The translations under genes and the position numbers were made by a program. From Podarcis cretensis (taxonomy: Eukaryota): a stretch of DNA of 64,000 bases. Of this stretch, positions 1-11,500 are shown piece after piece. Numbering within the stretch: the first letter of the stretch is position 1; each line of letters begins with the position of its first letter. The stretch is from positions 40,796,001-40,860,000 of the forward strand of contig OX638165.1 of assembly GCA_951804945.1 (NCBI GenBank), read 5' to 3'. The notes below the pieces were generated by a model. That model saw only the letters and a list, made by a program, of their open reading frames with translations. It made no database searches and was not told the DNA's origin.

Positions 1-368
1 GGCTTTCTCCATCTGATCGGAGAGACATTTCAGGGCAGCTTGCTGCATATGAACTGGCATCACTTTCCTAGGAACCACAGGCTTCAGGTGTTCACTTCGT
101 CCAGCAGAGAACATCCCAGCTTGTTTTGCAGGGAGCTTTCAAAGAGAGGAGAGGAGCAAAGCCAGCTTCAGCTGCAGGCTGGCTGCCAAAACCACCTTTT
201 GGGAGGTGGCATAGCAAAACTAGTTGCAGGGTGTTGAAAGTATTATTTGGGAAAGCAGGACACCATGAGGCTGTTTAGTATGAGAATGAGAGAAAATCAC
301 TTAACATTGTTTTTATTGTACTTGTTGTGTGTATATATTTAATGTGTTTATATCTACTGTAAATTTTT

Positions 369-506
369 GGTTACAGATAGGTAGCCGTGTTGGTCTGCCA
401 TAGTCAAAACAAAATAAAAAAATTCCGTCCAGTAGCACCTTAAAGACCAACTAAGTTAGTTCTTGGTATGAGCTTTCGTGTGCATGCACACTTCTTCAGA
501 TACCAA
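369..506 (-). mobile_element. Penelope-like element terminal (pseudo-LTR) fragment in an ARPC3 intron
   Basis: GTAGCCGTGTTGGTCTG...AGCACCTTAAAGACCAAC...GAGCTTTCGTG...CTTCTTCAGATAC resembles reptile Penelope-like repeat ends (from recall) and carries the hammerhead typical of them. Confidence 0.7.
463..506 (-). ncRNA. Minimal type I hammerhead ribozyme motif
   Basis: Minus strand: UUGGUAU-CUGAAGA-A-GUGUG(CAUG)CACAC-GAAA-GCUC^AUACCAA; 7-bp helix I, intact CUGANGA and GAAA core, palindromic AGCU helix III, CUC cleavage triplet. Confidence 0.8.
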
Positions 507-533
507 AATTTTGGGGATCAACAAATAAATGGA

Positions 534-565
<32 letters not shown>

Positions 566-640
566 TCAAAACCGTGTGACTGAATGGGAGCTTTAATATG
601 ATCTGGCCTTGGTTGTGGAGTGTACGTCTTTGTTTTTCAG

Positions 641-735
641 AGATTATGAGGGCCTACTTGCAGCAGCTGAGGCAGGAAACTGGCCTGAGGCTTTGTGAAA
701 AGGTCTTTGATCCCCAGAGTGACAAACCAAGCAAG
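641..735 (+). CDS. ARPC3: ARPC3 penultimate coding exon (Arp2/3 complex subunit 3)
   Basis: tttttcag|AG ATT ATG...AGC AAG|gtcag; encodes [31 protein letters not shown]. Confidence 0.96.
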
Positions 736-887
736 GTCAGATATTGATCTCCTCTGTGACTTGGCTCTCTTGAGCTAGGAGTGGCTCACCTGTGGCGGCA
801 GTGGTGGGGACTCCCTTCAGTCCCAGCCAAGTTAGCCATCCTTGTCTTAGCAGACTCCTGACAGAACAGAAGTGCTTCCTTTCTGTC

Positions 888-1023
888 AGGCCTGGGGAGC
901 CAGTGGCCTTCCAGATGTTGGAGTGCAGAGCCCATCATCCCTGATCACTGGCCACCACACTGGCTCAGGCTGATGGGGGATAAAGTCCAACACCTTCTGA
1001 GTGCCACAGGTTCCCCACCTCTG
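888..1023. mobile_element. Palindromic non-autonomous DNA transposon (MITE), abundant family in this window
   Basis: GGGGAGCC..TGGCC.TCCAGATGTT...CCCATCA / TGATGGG...GCCACAGGTTCCCCA arms; related copies near 1140, 13095, 19310, 29793, 31690, 33645, 34460, 38320, 40913. Confidence 0.65.
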
Positions 1024-1274
1024 CCTTATGTTTTTTGGGTTTCTTAGAAGGACCAGCGGAATTTGGCAAATTATTCATATATTTAAATTAAAATCCTCTG
1101 TTCATATCTATGTATCAGTTGTGTACATCCATGGCAATGCCCTCAAGGTGTTGGATTCCCAACCCCCCTGCCTCAGCAAACATTGTCACTGGTCAGGGAT
1201 GATGACAGTTGCAGTGCAAGGACATCTGGAGAGCCCCAGGCAGGGGCAGGCTGTTTTATGGCATTGTACCTTAA

Positions 1275-1429
1275 GCCGTGCGCTGCTCTGGTTCTCCAGA
1301 AGCGGCTTAGTCATACTGGTCACATGACCCGGAAGCTGTACGCCGGCTCCCTCGGCCAATAAAGCAAGATGAGCGCCGCAACCCCAGAGTCGGCCACGAC
1401 TGGACCTAATGGTCAGGGTCCCTTTACCT
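1275..1429 (+). mobile_element. Sauria SINE, 5'-truncated
   Basis: CACATGACCCGGAAGCTGTACGCCGGCTCCCTCGGCC...GTCCCTTTACCTT tail; flanked by TACCTTAA direct repeats (1267-1274, 1430-1437). Confidence 0.85.
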
Positions 1430-1687
1430 TACCTTAATCCAATTGGATAGGGTGTGGTATATTACCAAATAAATACAGAGAGTCTATCGGTAATCAGAGT
1501 GTGTGGTATGACTATCTTTTTACTTTACAACATCTAGCTAGAGCAGAACCATACTTGATTGCAGAGCCAGGATGGCTGCCAAACAGAAGCTGTGTGTTTA
1601 GTTTTCCCCGAAAGTCTCTTGTGGGAGATCAGAGGGGAACATGGCACACAGCTTCAGTTTTTCGCAGCAGCCTCATGTCTGCCATCA

Positions 1688-2230
1688 AGTCTAGTTAGAC
1701 ATGGGGCTGCCTGTTTGGAAAGCAGCCAGGTTGCTGATCGGTGCAAGGCAGTTTGAGCATATAATGCTAATCCAGGCCCAACTGTACTGGCCAATTAGTT
1801 TATGGGTCCAATTCCAAGTGCTGGTTTTGACCTATAAAGCCTTAAGTGGCTCAGGACCGCAACACCTCAAGGACTGCCTCTCCCCACCTGAACAACTCCG
1901 GACCCTGAGATCAGCGTCTGAGGCCCTTCTTTGTGAGCCTCCTCCATGAGAGGTCTGCAAGGTAGCAGCATGAGAACAGACCTTTTCTGTGGTGGCTCCC
2001 CATTTGTGGGAGACTCGCCTGGCACCTTCTTCACATATCTTTAGGCATCAGGCAAAAACATTCCTCTTATCCCAGGCCTTTGGCTGGTTAAACAATCTAT
2101 GGCCTTTTAAACTATGGAGGGGTTATTATTCTTTATATTATTATGTTAAGTATGCCTGTGTTTTAAAACTAAACTGCCCCGTGATCCTCGGATGAAGGGC
2201 AGTATAGAAATTTATTATTATTATTATTTA
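1688..2230 (+). mobile_element. L2-clade LINE 3' fragment
   Basis: Degenerate ORF2 C-terminus AARLL...LYWPI..WVQFQVLVLTYKAL.GSGPQHLKD; ends in a (TTA)n tail. Confidence 0.75.
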
Positions 2231-2524
2231 TTTCGTAAAGTAATTTACAAAACATTGCAAAGTAAAAGCACGGATAATACTAACCCACAGTATGATGTGA
2301 TGTCACCTCACTGAGATGTTACACCAGCCAATCACATGCTCCTGGTGTGACAATGTCATGTCACATTATGAATTTTGTTAGACGTTAATGAGAGATTGGG
2401 GAGTGTAGGGATGTCTTTTTCACTGCGATGTCTTTGAAGATAAGTTGCAGGGTGGAAACTTGGGTGTATTTCCACTTCTTTGTTCCATTTTCACACCTTG
2501 TCTTCTTTCCCCTTTGTCTCCTAG

Positions 2525-2587
2525 TGGTGGATGTGTTTTGTGAAAAGGCAGTTCATGAACAAGAGCCTGTCAGGACCAGGGCAGTGA
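2525..2587 (+). CDS. ARPC3: ARPC3 last coding exon
   Basis: ctag|TGG...; encodes WWMCFVKRQFMNKSLSGPGQ*, the ARPC3 C-terminus. Confidence 0.96.
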   Translation, partial: WWMCFVKRQFMNKSLSGPGQ

Positions 2588-2781
2588 AGAGCGGCGGGTG
2601 GCTGTCTTGCCAAAGCACTTTGCTGCCAGATGTATAAAATTTTGCCTCTGTTTTAATATATGTTTTCTACCGAGAGAGAGAATAAGCGCTTCTGTGGGGG
2701 AAAGATACCCACCGGTGGATGAAAAGGTGGAGCTAAAATCATGTGCAAACCTTGCTGAGCTGGAGCTTGATGACAATGAGG

Positions 2782-2787
2782 AATAAA
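2782..2787 (+). terminator. ARPC3 polyadenylation signal AATAAA
   Basis: AATAAA ~195 nt after the stop, followed by a GT/T-rich tract. Confidence 0.75.
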
Positions 2788-3437
2788 ATGTGGTTTCTAG
2801 CATCGTTTTGGCTGTTCTTGTGTCTTTGACAAAAATGGGTGAGGAACCTTTAGGCCATGGGTCAACTGTGGCCCTCCAAGCCTTTTTGTCTGGCCCTTAA
2901 GATTCTTCTCAGTGGCCTGCTCTGTATTCTTTATTGCTTTTGCCTGGCTGGAGTATGTCCATCAACTATGATAACACCTCTGGCTTTTATGTGGCTACTT
3001 TACAAAAGTAAGAGCCACGTCCCCTGCTTTGCCCACTTCCGCCCTGCCTGCTGCTTTCATATTGTTCCCTTTAAGGTTCCCTAGGAGGGAATGCGGCTCT
3101 CGGGCTGTTAAAGGTTCTCCACCCCTTTCAGACTGTTCTGGAGTACCCTGGGGATCCTCAGAAGCTTATTGGGGAGGTTCTCAGTTGGAAGATCAGCAGC
3201 GATCAACAAGTTTACTTGAAAGACAGTTGCTTTCCCAGCACTGCGAATCTCCCAGCACAGCTGGGGCACATGCTCAGTTTGGCTGTGAGCTTGGCTGCAA
3301 AGCCCACACACCAGTGAACTGTGTGACCAATAATGCATCCCAGGATCTTTTGGGTTCTATGGGAGACAGGCTGGCCCATCCCAAATGCTTATCTCAGTTG
3401 GCAGATTGGGAGGAGCAGCAAAATCAGGACACCCACC

Positions 3438-3584
3438 CAGTGGTGTAGCGTGGGGGGTGCAGGGGGGGCCAGCCGCACCGGGCACAACATCTGGGGGTTA
3501 GGGTTAGGGGGCGCAAATCCACGGGTTAGGGGGCGCAAATTACTTGCCTTGCCCCGGGTGCTGACAACCCACGCTACGCCACTG
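3438..3584. mobile_element. hAT-type MITE with 8-bp TSD and internal TTAGGG repeats
   Basis: TIRs CAGTGGTGTAGCGTGGG / CCCACGCTACGCCACTG; perfect TSD CACCCACC (3430-3437, 3585-3592). Confidence 0.88.
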
Positions 3585-3785
3585 CACCCACCCCAGTGCA
3601 CACCACCTGTGTGTCAGAAGGAGTGTGGCTGCTTGTCTGTTGCTGTCATACTGCTTGAACTTCCATTGCTGGCAGTTTTGTGGCCAGGCAAAGCCACACA
3701 AATGGCTTGCGACAGCTTCTCCGCAATGCCTGCAGTAAGTTGCAGCAGGGTAAAGAGGATCCCTTATCTTGGGTGCTAAAATGGC

Positions 3786-6245
3786 TTGGCTTGGACCCCC
3801 ATGCTCAATACAGAGCTAACTTATCTCCTCCATTCGGAAGACGTGAAGACCATCTACTCAGCCATTGTATCAGCTAATACCGGGGAAAAGGCCATGGACT
3901 CGTTCAACGAGTTATTAGCAAGACTAAAGACCTTCTTAACAACTGAGATACTTAAATATGTTATAAAGCGGGCAAAGGATCAAGAGAGATGGTTTGATTT
4001 GGAGTGTAGACAAGTAAGGAAACGTGTGAGATCAACCTATCGGATTTACAGACACACCGGAGCACCCTCGCTATTTATGGCTTACATCTATTTAAGACGA
4101 AACTACAAACAGCTATTAAAGGTAAAAAACCAAAAAGCTGAGAGATTGGCCTAGTGTAATTTAGTGAAGGCCTCGAATGAGAAAGACTCAACCTCCTTCT
4201 GGCGTACCATTATGGGCCTCCTGGACCAGGAGCGGATTGGTCCCACATGTACTGTAGAACCCCAGGAGTGGATGAAATATTTTCAAACCCTCTTCTATGA
4301 CGACAAAGCTCAGCACAATGATCCAAGTGCCTACTCCGAGAATTTACCATATTGGCCTCCAGTCTCCATAGAGGAGGTGGGGAAACTAATTGCCCAACTG
4401 AAAAACAACAAAGCGCCGGGCATAGACCACATTCTAGCAGAGCTCATGAAGAACAATATCAGTTGGTGGGCTCCTATAATGGCGTCAATATTTACATACA
4501 TCGATTCAACAGGCATAATATCTGGTTGCTGGACAGAGGCAGTAATTATTCCAATCTATAAAAAGGGTCCTATGGCAGATCCAGCTAGCTATAGACCCAT
4601 TTGCTTCCTTACTATCCCCAGCAAACTGTATGCCAAACACCTCCACATCAAACTAATTGACTGGATGGAAACTGAGGCAGTTCTGGCAGAGGAGCAAGCC
4701 GGCTTCAGACAGGGCAGAACAACAATAGACCATTGCTTCGTATTAGCACACCTCATTGACAAATACGTCAATAAAACACGTGGGATTTTATACGCAGCAT
4801 TTATTGACCTGAAGGCGGCCTTTGACTCGATCTCACAAGTCAAACTTTGGGCTAAACTCAATGCCACCAACACTGACAAAAGATTACTATTCTTGATAAA
4901 AAGCCTATATAAAGACTCCAAGTTAACTGTAAGAACCTCAGTAAATGGGCAACTAATTGGCCCTGTACCAGCCACCAAAGGAGTCAAGCAGGGCTGTATT
5001 TTAGCCCCGGCCTTATTCAACTTATATATAAATGACATGGTCAAATACCTAACATCCCCGGAGTTTCATGCCCCCAAATTAGCTGAAAAATCAATTTCAG
5101 CGCTCCTCTATGCGGACGACGTGGTTCTCTTATCACGAACTAAAGTAGGCCTCAAAAGGCTACTAAGAGAATTCTCAGCCAACTGGTGGTTAATCACCAA
5201 AAAACCAAAGTCATGGTCTTCGCTAGGAGACACAGAGATCACAGATGGGAGATGGACAATCAGCCAATAGAACAGGTCAAAATTTTCAAATACCTCGGAG
5301 TAGTTTTCCAGTCAACGGGGGCCTGAGAGGCCCATCATAAATATGCTAGGGAAAAAGCATCTCAAAGCGCCAAAATACTGTCTCGCTTTTACTTTACGAA
5401 GGGGGGCAGACATATCCCAGCAGCTCTGGAGGTCTTTCAAGCAAAACCCTTGGCGCAATTACTCTACGGGGCCCAAATCTGGACGGGAAATCATTGCCGC
5501 ACACTTGGTCCAGTCTAAATTTTTAAGACAGATTCTAGCCGTTCCACCATGCGCACCAAATGCGGCCCTACGGCTGGAGACTGGACTCCTCTCCGTCAAA
5601 ACCCGGACCTGGTTAAGAACATTCAACTATTGGCTTCGCTTAAATTTAAACCCATCCGGACTACTACCTCTAGTAGCACGAGATGCTCATAGAAGTCGGT
5701 GGTCCAAAGTAGTGCATCAAAAACTACTTACATGTGCCCTCCAAGCACAGCATCTCCTGAAAATGGGTCTCCCCAAGGCAAAAACCGTTATTGACCAGCA
5801 CATGAAGGATATTGAGCAGCAGAATAATCTGGCCTATATTAAGAAATTTAGTGCTTGGTACGCTTATCTGCCCCCCTCCCACTTTGATTTTTGGGCACCT
5901 TATTTGTCTACCTTAACCATTCCAAAACTCAGACGGGCCTTTACACTGGTCAGACTAAATATGTTACCCTCAGCTGTTCTTGAAGGTAGATATCAAAAAA
6001 AATTATTCGAGAACTGGCTCTGCCCCTGTGGAGCTGGCTACGTAGAGACTGTGTCACACGTTCTCCTGTCTTGCTCCCTATATAAAGATCTCAGGGACGA
6101 GACCATCACGCCGCTCCTATCTGCCATCCCGGGCCGCTCTTGTGAAGCCAAATTGTTCTCACTCCTAGCAGACCAGAACAGCTCGACAACAGAGAAGGTT
6201 GCCAAATTTATCGGGAGAGCAATGAGACTAAGAGCTGCTATCTGA
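3786..6245 (+). mobile_element. Decayed 5'-truncated non-LTR retrotransposon ORF2 (RT plus C-terminal Cys/His motif), RTE-X-like
   Basis: RT motifs KAPGID, YRPI, QAGFR, FIDLKAAFDSI, GVKQGCILAPALFNLY, YADD; C-terminal CPCG..ETVSHVLLSC; in-frame stop at 4152-4154 and frameshifts after ~5180; AT-rich 3'UTR probably resumes at 6995-~7250. Clade assignment is from recall. Confidence 0.88.
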
Positions 6246-6258
6246 ATGACATTAGTGT

Positions 6259-6990
6259 TGTAGCAGGAACCCCCACCCCCACCCCAATCATTCAGTTTGT
6301 ACAAACTTCACACACACTCACACTCACACACTACATACGCTATGCTTCTGTTATAAATTCATAGAAAATCAACCATACATCGGTTTTGCACTGTTCCACT
6401 TTTATTTTTCTCCATGAAGGAAGGACTACAAAATGGGGAAGGTTTGATACAGGGTAGCCATAATCCCTTGAGCATACCAGCACATCTACAGGAGCCCTGC
6501 CCAGTTGCTATGCCAACCCTGATGGTCCTAGACAGAAGACAATCAAGATCACAAAGAACTTGCATATGGGAGTGGATTGAGCATGAACTGAAACAAAGGA
6601 CACTGATCAGATCTTCCCTCAGGGGGCAGGAAACTGCAAACTCCCCTCTGTCACCTGGAAGTGACTCATGGGGAGGGGGAGAGAAGGGAACCAGCCAGGT
6701 GACAGGACACTCAGGTTACCACCGCAACTCCTCCCTCAACCCCTCCTTTCTGTAATGTATGCATGATGTTTCTGGGGACGGGCTTGACCTAGAGGAGGGG
6801 AATTTCAAAAGTTTTTATAAGGTCTTGCACACCATTTTTCTGTGTCTTTTCTCTCACCTGCAAGTGAGGGGAGCACCCTGTTGCAACAGTCAATAAAGGC
6901 CAAGCCTACAGGCTGCTGATTTGCTCCAATTTACTCTGGTTGGTGTCTTTACTTTTTGTCCAAGGGAGCCCTCGGATTTTTCCGGTAACA
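6259..6990 (+). mobile_element. Solo LTR (ERV/gypsy-type)
   Basis: TGTAGCAGGAA...TTCCGGTAACA termini, 4-bp TSD GTGT (6255-6258, 6991-6994), internal TATA-like TTTATAA (~6814-6820) and AATAAA (6892-6897). Confidence 0.85.
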
Positions 6991-7549
6991 GTGTCATCAC
7001 CCGGATTCCTTGCCTAGGATCTTATTATTATTATCTTTACATTTTATTATTATTATTTTATTACCTCTGCCAAGTTTTAAGTTCTGAGATTGTTAATTTA
7101 TCTGCATCTGGTTATTATTATCTTTCTCCCTGTCCTGACCATCCCTCCGAGGTTATATTTATATTTATAAAGCTAAGCAATGCAGAACACATTTCTACCG
7201 CAGAAATGTGCCTCCATAACCAAATATATTTAAATGATGCTAGACTAGATGGGACCCAGCAGGACTCTGACCCACCTCACAAGAGGCTTTGTCTGAGGCA
7301 ATTTTTATCTTTTCAACACCTTTAAATTTGTGCAGCTTTTTAGTAGCTGATTTTTACCTTCCCGTTCCTTGTTTTGTATTAACATCTCCCCTTTACTTAT
7401 TCATGTTCTACAGTTGTGTTTTAACAGTGAAATCTAAGGAGAAAGTCCTATTGTTGTGTCAAATTAAAGACGAGCAGTGTTTGACCTCCACCAACGGCGT
7501 GCCTTTTTTATTGAAATGTGGGTAAAATCCGCCAAAAGGCTTTGTACCA

Positions 7550-8520
7550 AGCCGAGGCATAACTGGAGTACCTAACGCGCATGCTCAGATATTTTCTCGC
7601 TCGCCCTCTGCCTGGGCTGCCTGTGGTTCTGGACGTACAGCAGTGGCGCCTAACGCGCATGCTCAGGCCTTTCTTTCGCCGCCCCCTCTCTAGTCTAATG
7701 GTCTTAGCTAGCGGAGGGTGTCTACACTAATGCCTCCTTTCTTTATATTTCTTATCGCGCTTTTCTGGTGAACAAGAATATACAGCATTTTTTTTTAAGC
7801 GCATAGCGAGACCAGAGTTAGAGTTGCGGCTCCCGCGGTGAATAACTGGGTCATAGCCTACGCAGGCGAAGGTCGCAGGCAGCCCCTCCCCCCCCGCGGT
7901 CGGGCTGGCGCTTCGTGCAATGACGTTTTCTGCGCGGGTGTCATGGCTGCCTTCTCCGCGAGGACCCCTCGGAGAGGCGCCATTTTAGAGTTCCTGAGGC
8001 GACCCGGAGCTCTCCCTGCCGCCGAGTTCGTCGCAGCCGCCGCCTCCTCCTCCTCCTCCTCCTTCGCTCTTCTCTCGGCTCGCCCGCGGCGATGAGCGTG
8101 GTAGACCATGTGCGGGAGATGGCGGCCGCCGGGCTCCACTCCAACGTGCGGCTCCTCAGTGGGCTTCTGCTCACCATGAGCGGCAACAACCCGTGAGTTG
8201 GTGGGCGGCCCGAGGAGGGAGGCGGCGGCGGCGGCGGCGGCAGCCCCACAAAGGGCTCGTTTCCCTCGCGCTTCCCCGTCCTCGAACTCCCCCCCCCCCG
8301 GCCGAGCGGCGCCATCCCTCTCCGCCTCTGCTCCCTCGCTCCCCCCCGCCATCACGACCCCCCTGCCAGGTTGGGCGAAAGCGCGCCTGACCTGAGGCTT
8401 CGACCGGGAAGCGCCGGGGCCTCCCGTCCCCTTTTTAAATGTGACATTCAAGGCAAGCCTCGTCACAAGCCCGGGACTCGGCTTTCTTTTGTAAACCGCC
8501 CTTCATCTGTAGATCTCAGG
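7550..8520 (+). promoter_or_regulatory. ANAPC7 CpG-island promoter
   Basis: CpG-dense region around exon 1; two GCGCATGCTC NRF1-like motifs, TGACGT at 7921, YY1-like CGCCATTTT at 7978-7986. Confidence 0.85.
8092..8192 (+). CDS. ANAPC7: ANAPC7 exon 1
   Basis: ATG AGC GTG...AAC CC|gtgagt. Confidence 0.94.
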
Positions 8521-11500
8521 GCAGTTCGCCACATAAAAATACGAGGCAAAATAAAAACACAAAATACATGACAAGAAGAACAAAAAGACAACCACGTTGT
8601 TTCAACCCATTTGCAGTTGCACCCATTCTGTGCCCCCGCCTTCTAGTTTCGCTTTCCCCCTTTCTTTTGTTATAATTGTTAACAATAGATGGTTGGCAAT
8701 GGCATCCATCTGCCTGTGAGACAATGGAAGAGTTTGCCTTTGGGAGTGAAGTCAAGCAATAATAATAATAATAATAATAATAATGCAGCCAAGTGACGTA
8801 GGCTGGGGCTGTGCTGAGAGTGTGAGGTGGGGAACCTGTGGCTCCCCAAATGTCGACTGGGCCCCCAACTCCCACCATTTTGACTTAATGAAGTGAAGAA
8901 AAAGAGAGGAGGGAGCCTTGCAGCATCTTCATCACCGTTCTATTTGCATGCTGCCCTTCCCATAGTTAAAACCACGCTGAAGATTTATGTAACTGCAAAA
9001 ATATAACAGAAAGTAGGCATGAGCAGTAAATTAAAACCATCTTGGTAAGTATGCAGCAAAATTTAAGCAGCCCCCACATAAGTCACAATGAGGTCTTTAA
9101 TGATAAAGATGCACACACACACACATCAGTAACAGCAAAAAAGCACATCAGAAATTAAATTGCAATGTCTGGAGGGCCATAGGCTCTCTGGCCCTGGCCT
9201 GAGGTCACCCAGTGAGCAGGATGCCAAGTGGGGATTTGAACCCAGGTCTCCCTAGCCCTGGAGTCTGTAATGAATGCAATCAGTGCCACATTTTTTGCAG
9301 GAAATACGACCTGCCTGCAGACACAGAGGAGAGTTAAGCTCCATCCTGCTAACCCTGTTTACTTGGGAGTAAGCCCTATTGAATTCCACAGGGTTTACTT
9401 CTAGGTAGACACATTTAGGATCGCACTATTAAAAGAACTCCATAGAATCTTCATGGATGGTAGCTTTTTCATTTTTTCAGTTGTTTGACCCCATTTTCCC
9501 TCTTCCATCTTTCTTTATAGTGTTTATCTATTTCATAAAAATTATACATTACGTCATTGTAAAAAACAAACTCAGAGTGGTTTACGGAAGAAAAAACAGT
9601 AAAATCAAGAAAAATTCACAACCAGACTTTAAAACATACAAAGGTTAAAATACTAAAGCAGATTAAAATTGCCGCAACTTTCTAAGCATCTGGGTAGGCT
9701 TGTCTAAACAGGAATGTTGTTAGCAGGTGCCGCAAAGCGAACAGTGATGGCGCCTTCTTGACTTTAATAGGCAGGGAGATCCAAAATGCTGGTGCTGCCA
9801 CACTAAATGACCAGAGTTAGAAGAACAGGTATTATGTGGCACCTGCAGTAGTGCCAATTCTGGTACCTAATGACTGCTGATAATACTTCACACAGCTAAT
9901 TAAGAGGACTACATTAAATCTGTTCAGGCTGCAGTTTGTTGCACACTTCCCAAACACAGTAGTAAATCCCAGTAAGCATCCATAGGCCTGTGCTGCATGT
10001 ATTTAAACAGTTTTTGGGCATCTTTATATTAACTAAGCACAAGTGAATGTATTCTCAAAAGATTAAGCTCATTTAATCAATTTGTTTAGAATTTAAGGTG
10101 CTACAAGACTTTTTGATTTTTGTTGAAATAACTGACATGCTTGCTACACCTACCCATACTGATTTAAAAGCCTAGAGGGCGCTGGTACTTTGGGTTAAGA
10201 ATTAGACCATCAAAAACATAATTTCCCTACCATGGGTTATTGGTAGTTCCAATACATTTGAAGGCCTGTGGTGTGTGTGAAATGGGAAGCTGTGCACTGC
10301 ATGGTATCTCAATGTACATGTGCTTCACCCTTCTCTCCTCTCACGGGTTTAAGTGCAAGAGACCTTGGAAATGAGAAAACTAGTATATTTAAAAAAGGCA
10401 TCTTCAGCATCAGTGCAAAAGGCACCAACAGGGACAGTTGGCTCAGGGACACACACCTTTCCATTTATCTTCACAAGAATTCTGTAGAGTAGGTTAGGCT
10501 CAGAGAGCAGAGAGCGAGTGGCTGGCTTACCCATGGTCATCCAGTGAACTTCACAGTAGACAGGCAGTCAAGTTGTGTATCCATAGCAGTGACCAGAAGA
10601 GAAATGACCACTCGGGGGAGTGCAAAGACAAGAAACGCCATGGTGCATTTGCAGCATCACAACTGAACGCCTTCATCTGCCCCAACTGCAACAAAACATC
10701 TATCTCTACAGCCACAGCGGGCACTGCAACCTTCCAGCAGCTTGACCTCACCCCCAAAGGCTCAATCCTCCATTGTCTCCCGAGACAGATGGATGCCAAC
10801 CAAGCATGATAGCATTTATGTGATGCTTTATCAAAGCTCTTTATAGTTGTTATCTCAGTAAATCTTACAAAAGCTTTACTGTACAGTAAAGTACAGTGGT
10901 ACTTTGGTTTAAGAACAGCTTAGTTTATGAACAACTTGGATTAAGAATGCTGCAACCCCAGAAGTAGGTGTTTTGGTTTGTGAACTTTGCCTTGGAAGCA
11001 GAACATGTTTCGCTTCCTGTTGAGTGTGTTCCATTTGTAAATTGAGTCCCCCACTGCTATAGGAAAGCATGCCTTGGTTTAAGAACGCTTTGGTTTAAGG
11101 ATGGGACTCTGGAACGGATTAAGTTCGTAAACCAAGGTACCACTGTAGGTCCCTCCCTATTTGTAATACTCCCTATTAGTACTACTAATAAACTGCCCTG
11201 TTACCTTCAGATGAAGGGTGGTATAGAAATTTAATAAATAATAATAGTTGGAAGAGGTATCTTGAAAAAATAGTTTGCTTAAGGCCACTTGATAAGTTCA
11301 TAGTTTCCTGGATGACAGATAAAGTTTAGCAACTTTATAGATTTTGGGGATGCTTAATGCTGTCATTGTAGGATAGCATTGCATGGATAGAAAATGGAAT
11401 GGACAGGTGGTTTCTGAATACAGACATGTTTCTGTTTATTGTTTTCACCTTTCACTAGTTCAGGGATGTTTGCTCCAGGATTTTCTCATGTGGTCAGCTA

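Noticed and set aside
2290-2372. Imperfect hairpin in the last ARPC3 intron (TGTTACACCAG/CTGGTGTGACA)
   Set aside because: Short and degenerate; most likely an old MITE relic, not supportable as a pre-miRNA.
7858-8466. 202-aa minus-strand ORF over the ANAPC7 promoter
   Set aside because: Ala/Gly/Glu low-complexity product of a stop-poor CpG island with GCC/TCC repeats; no recognisable domain.
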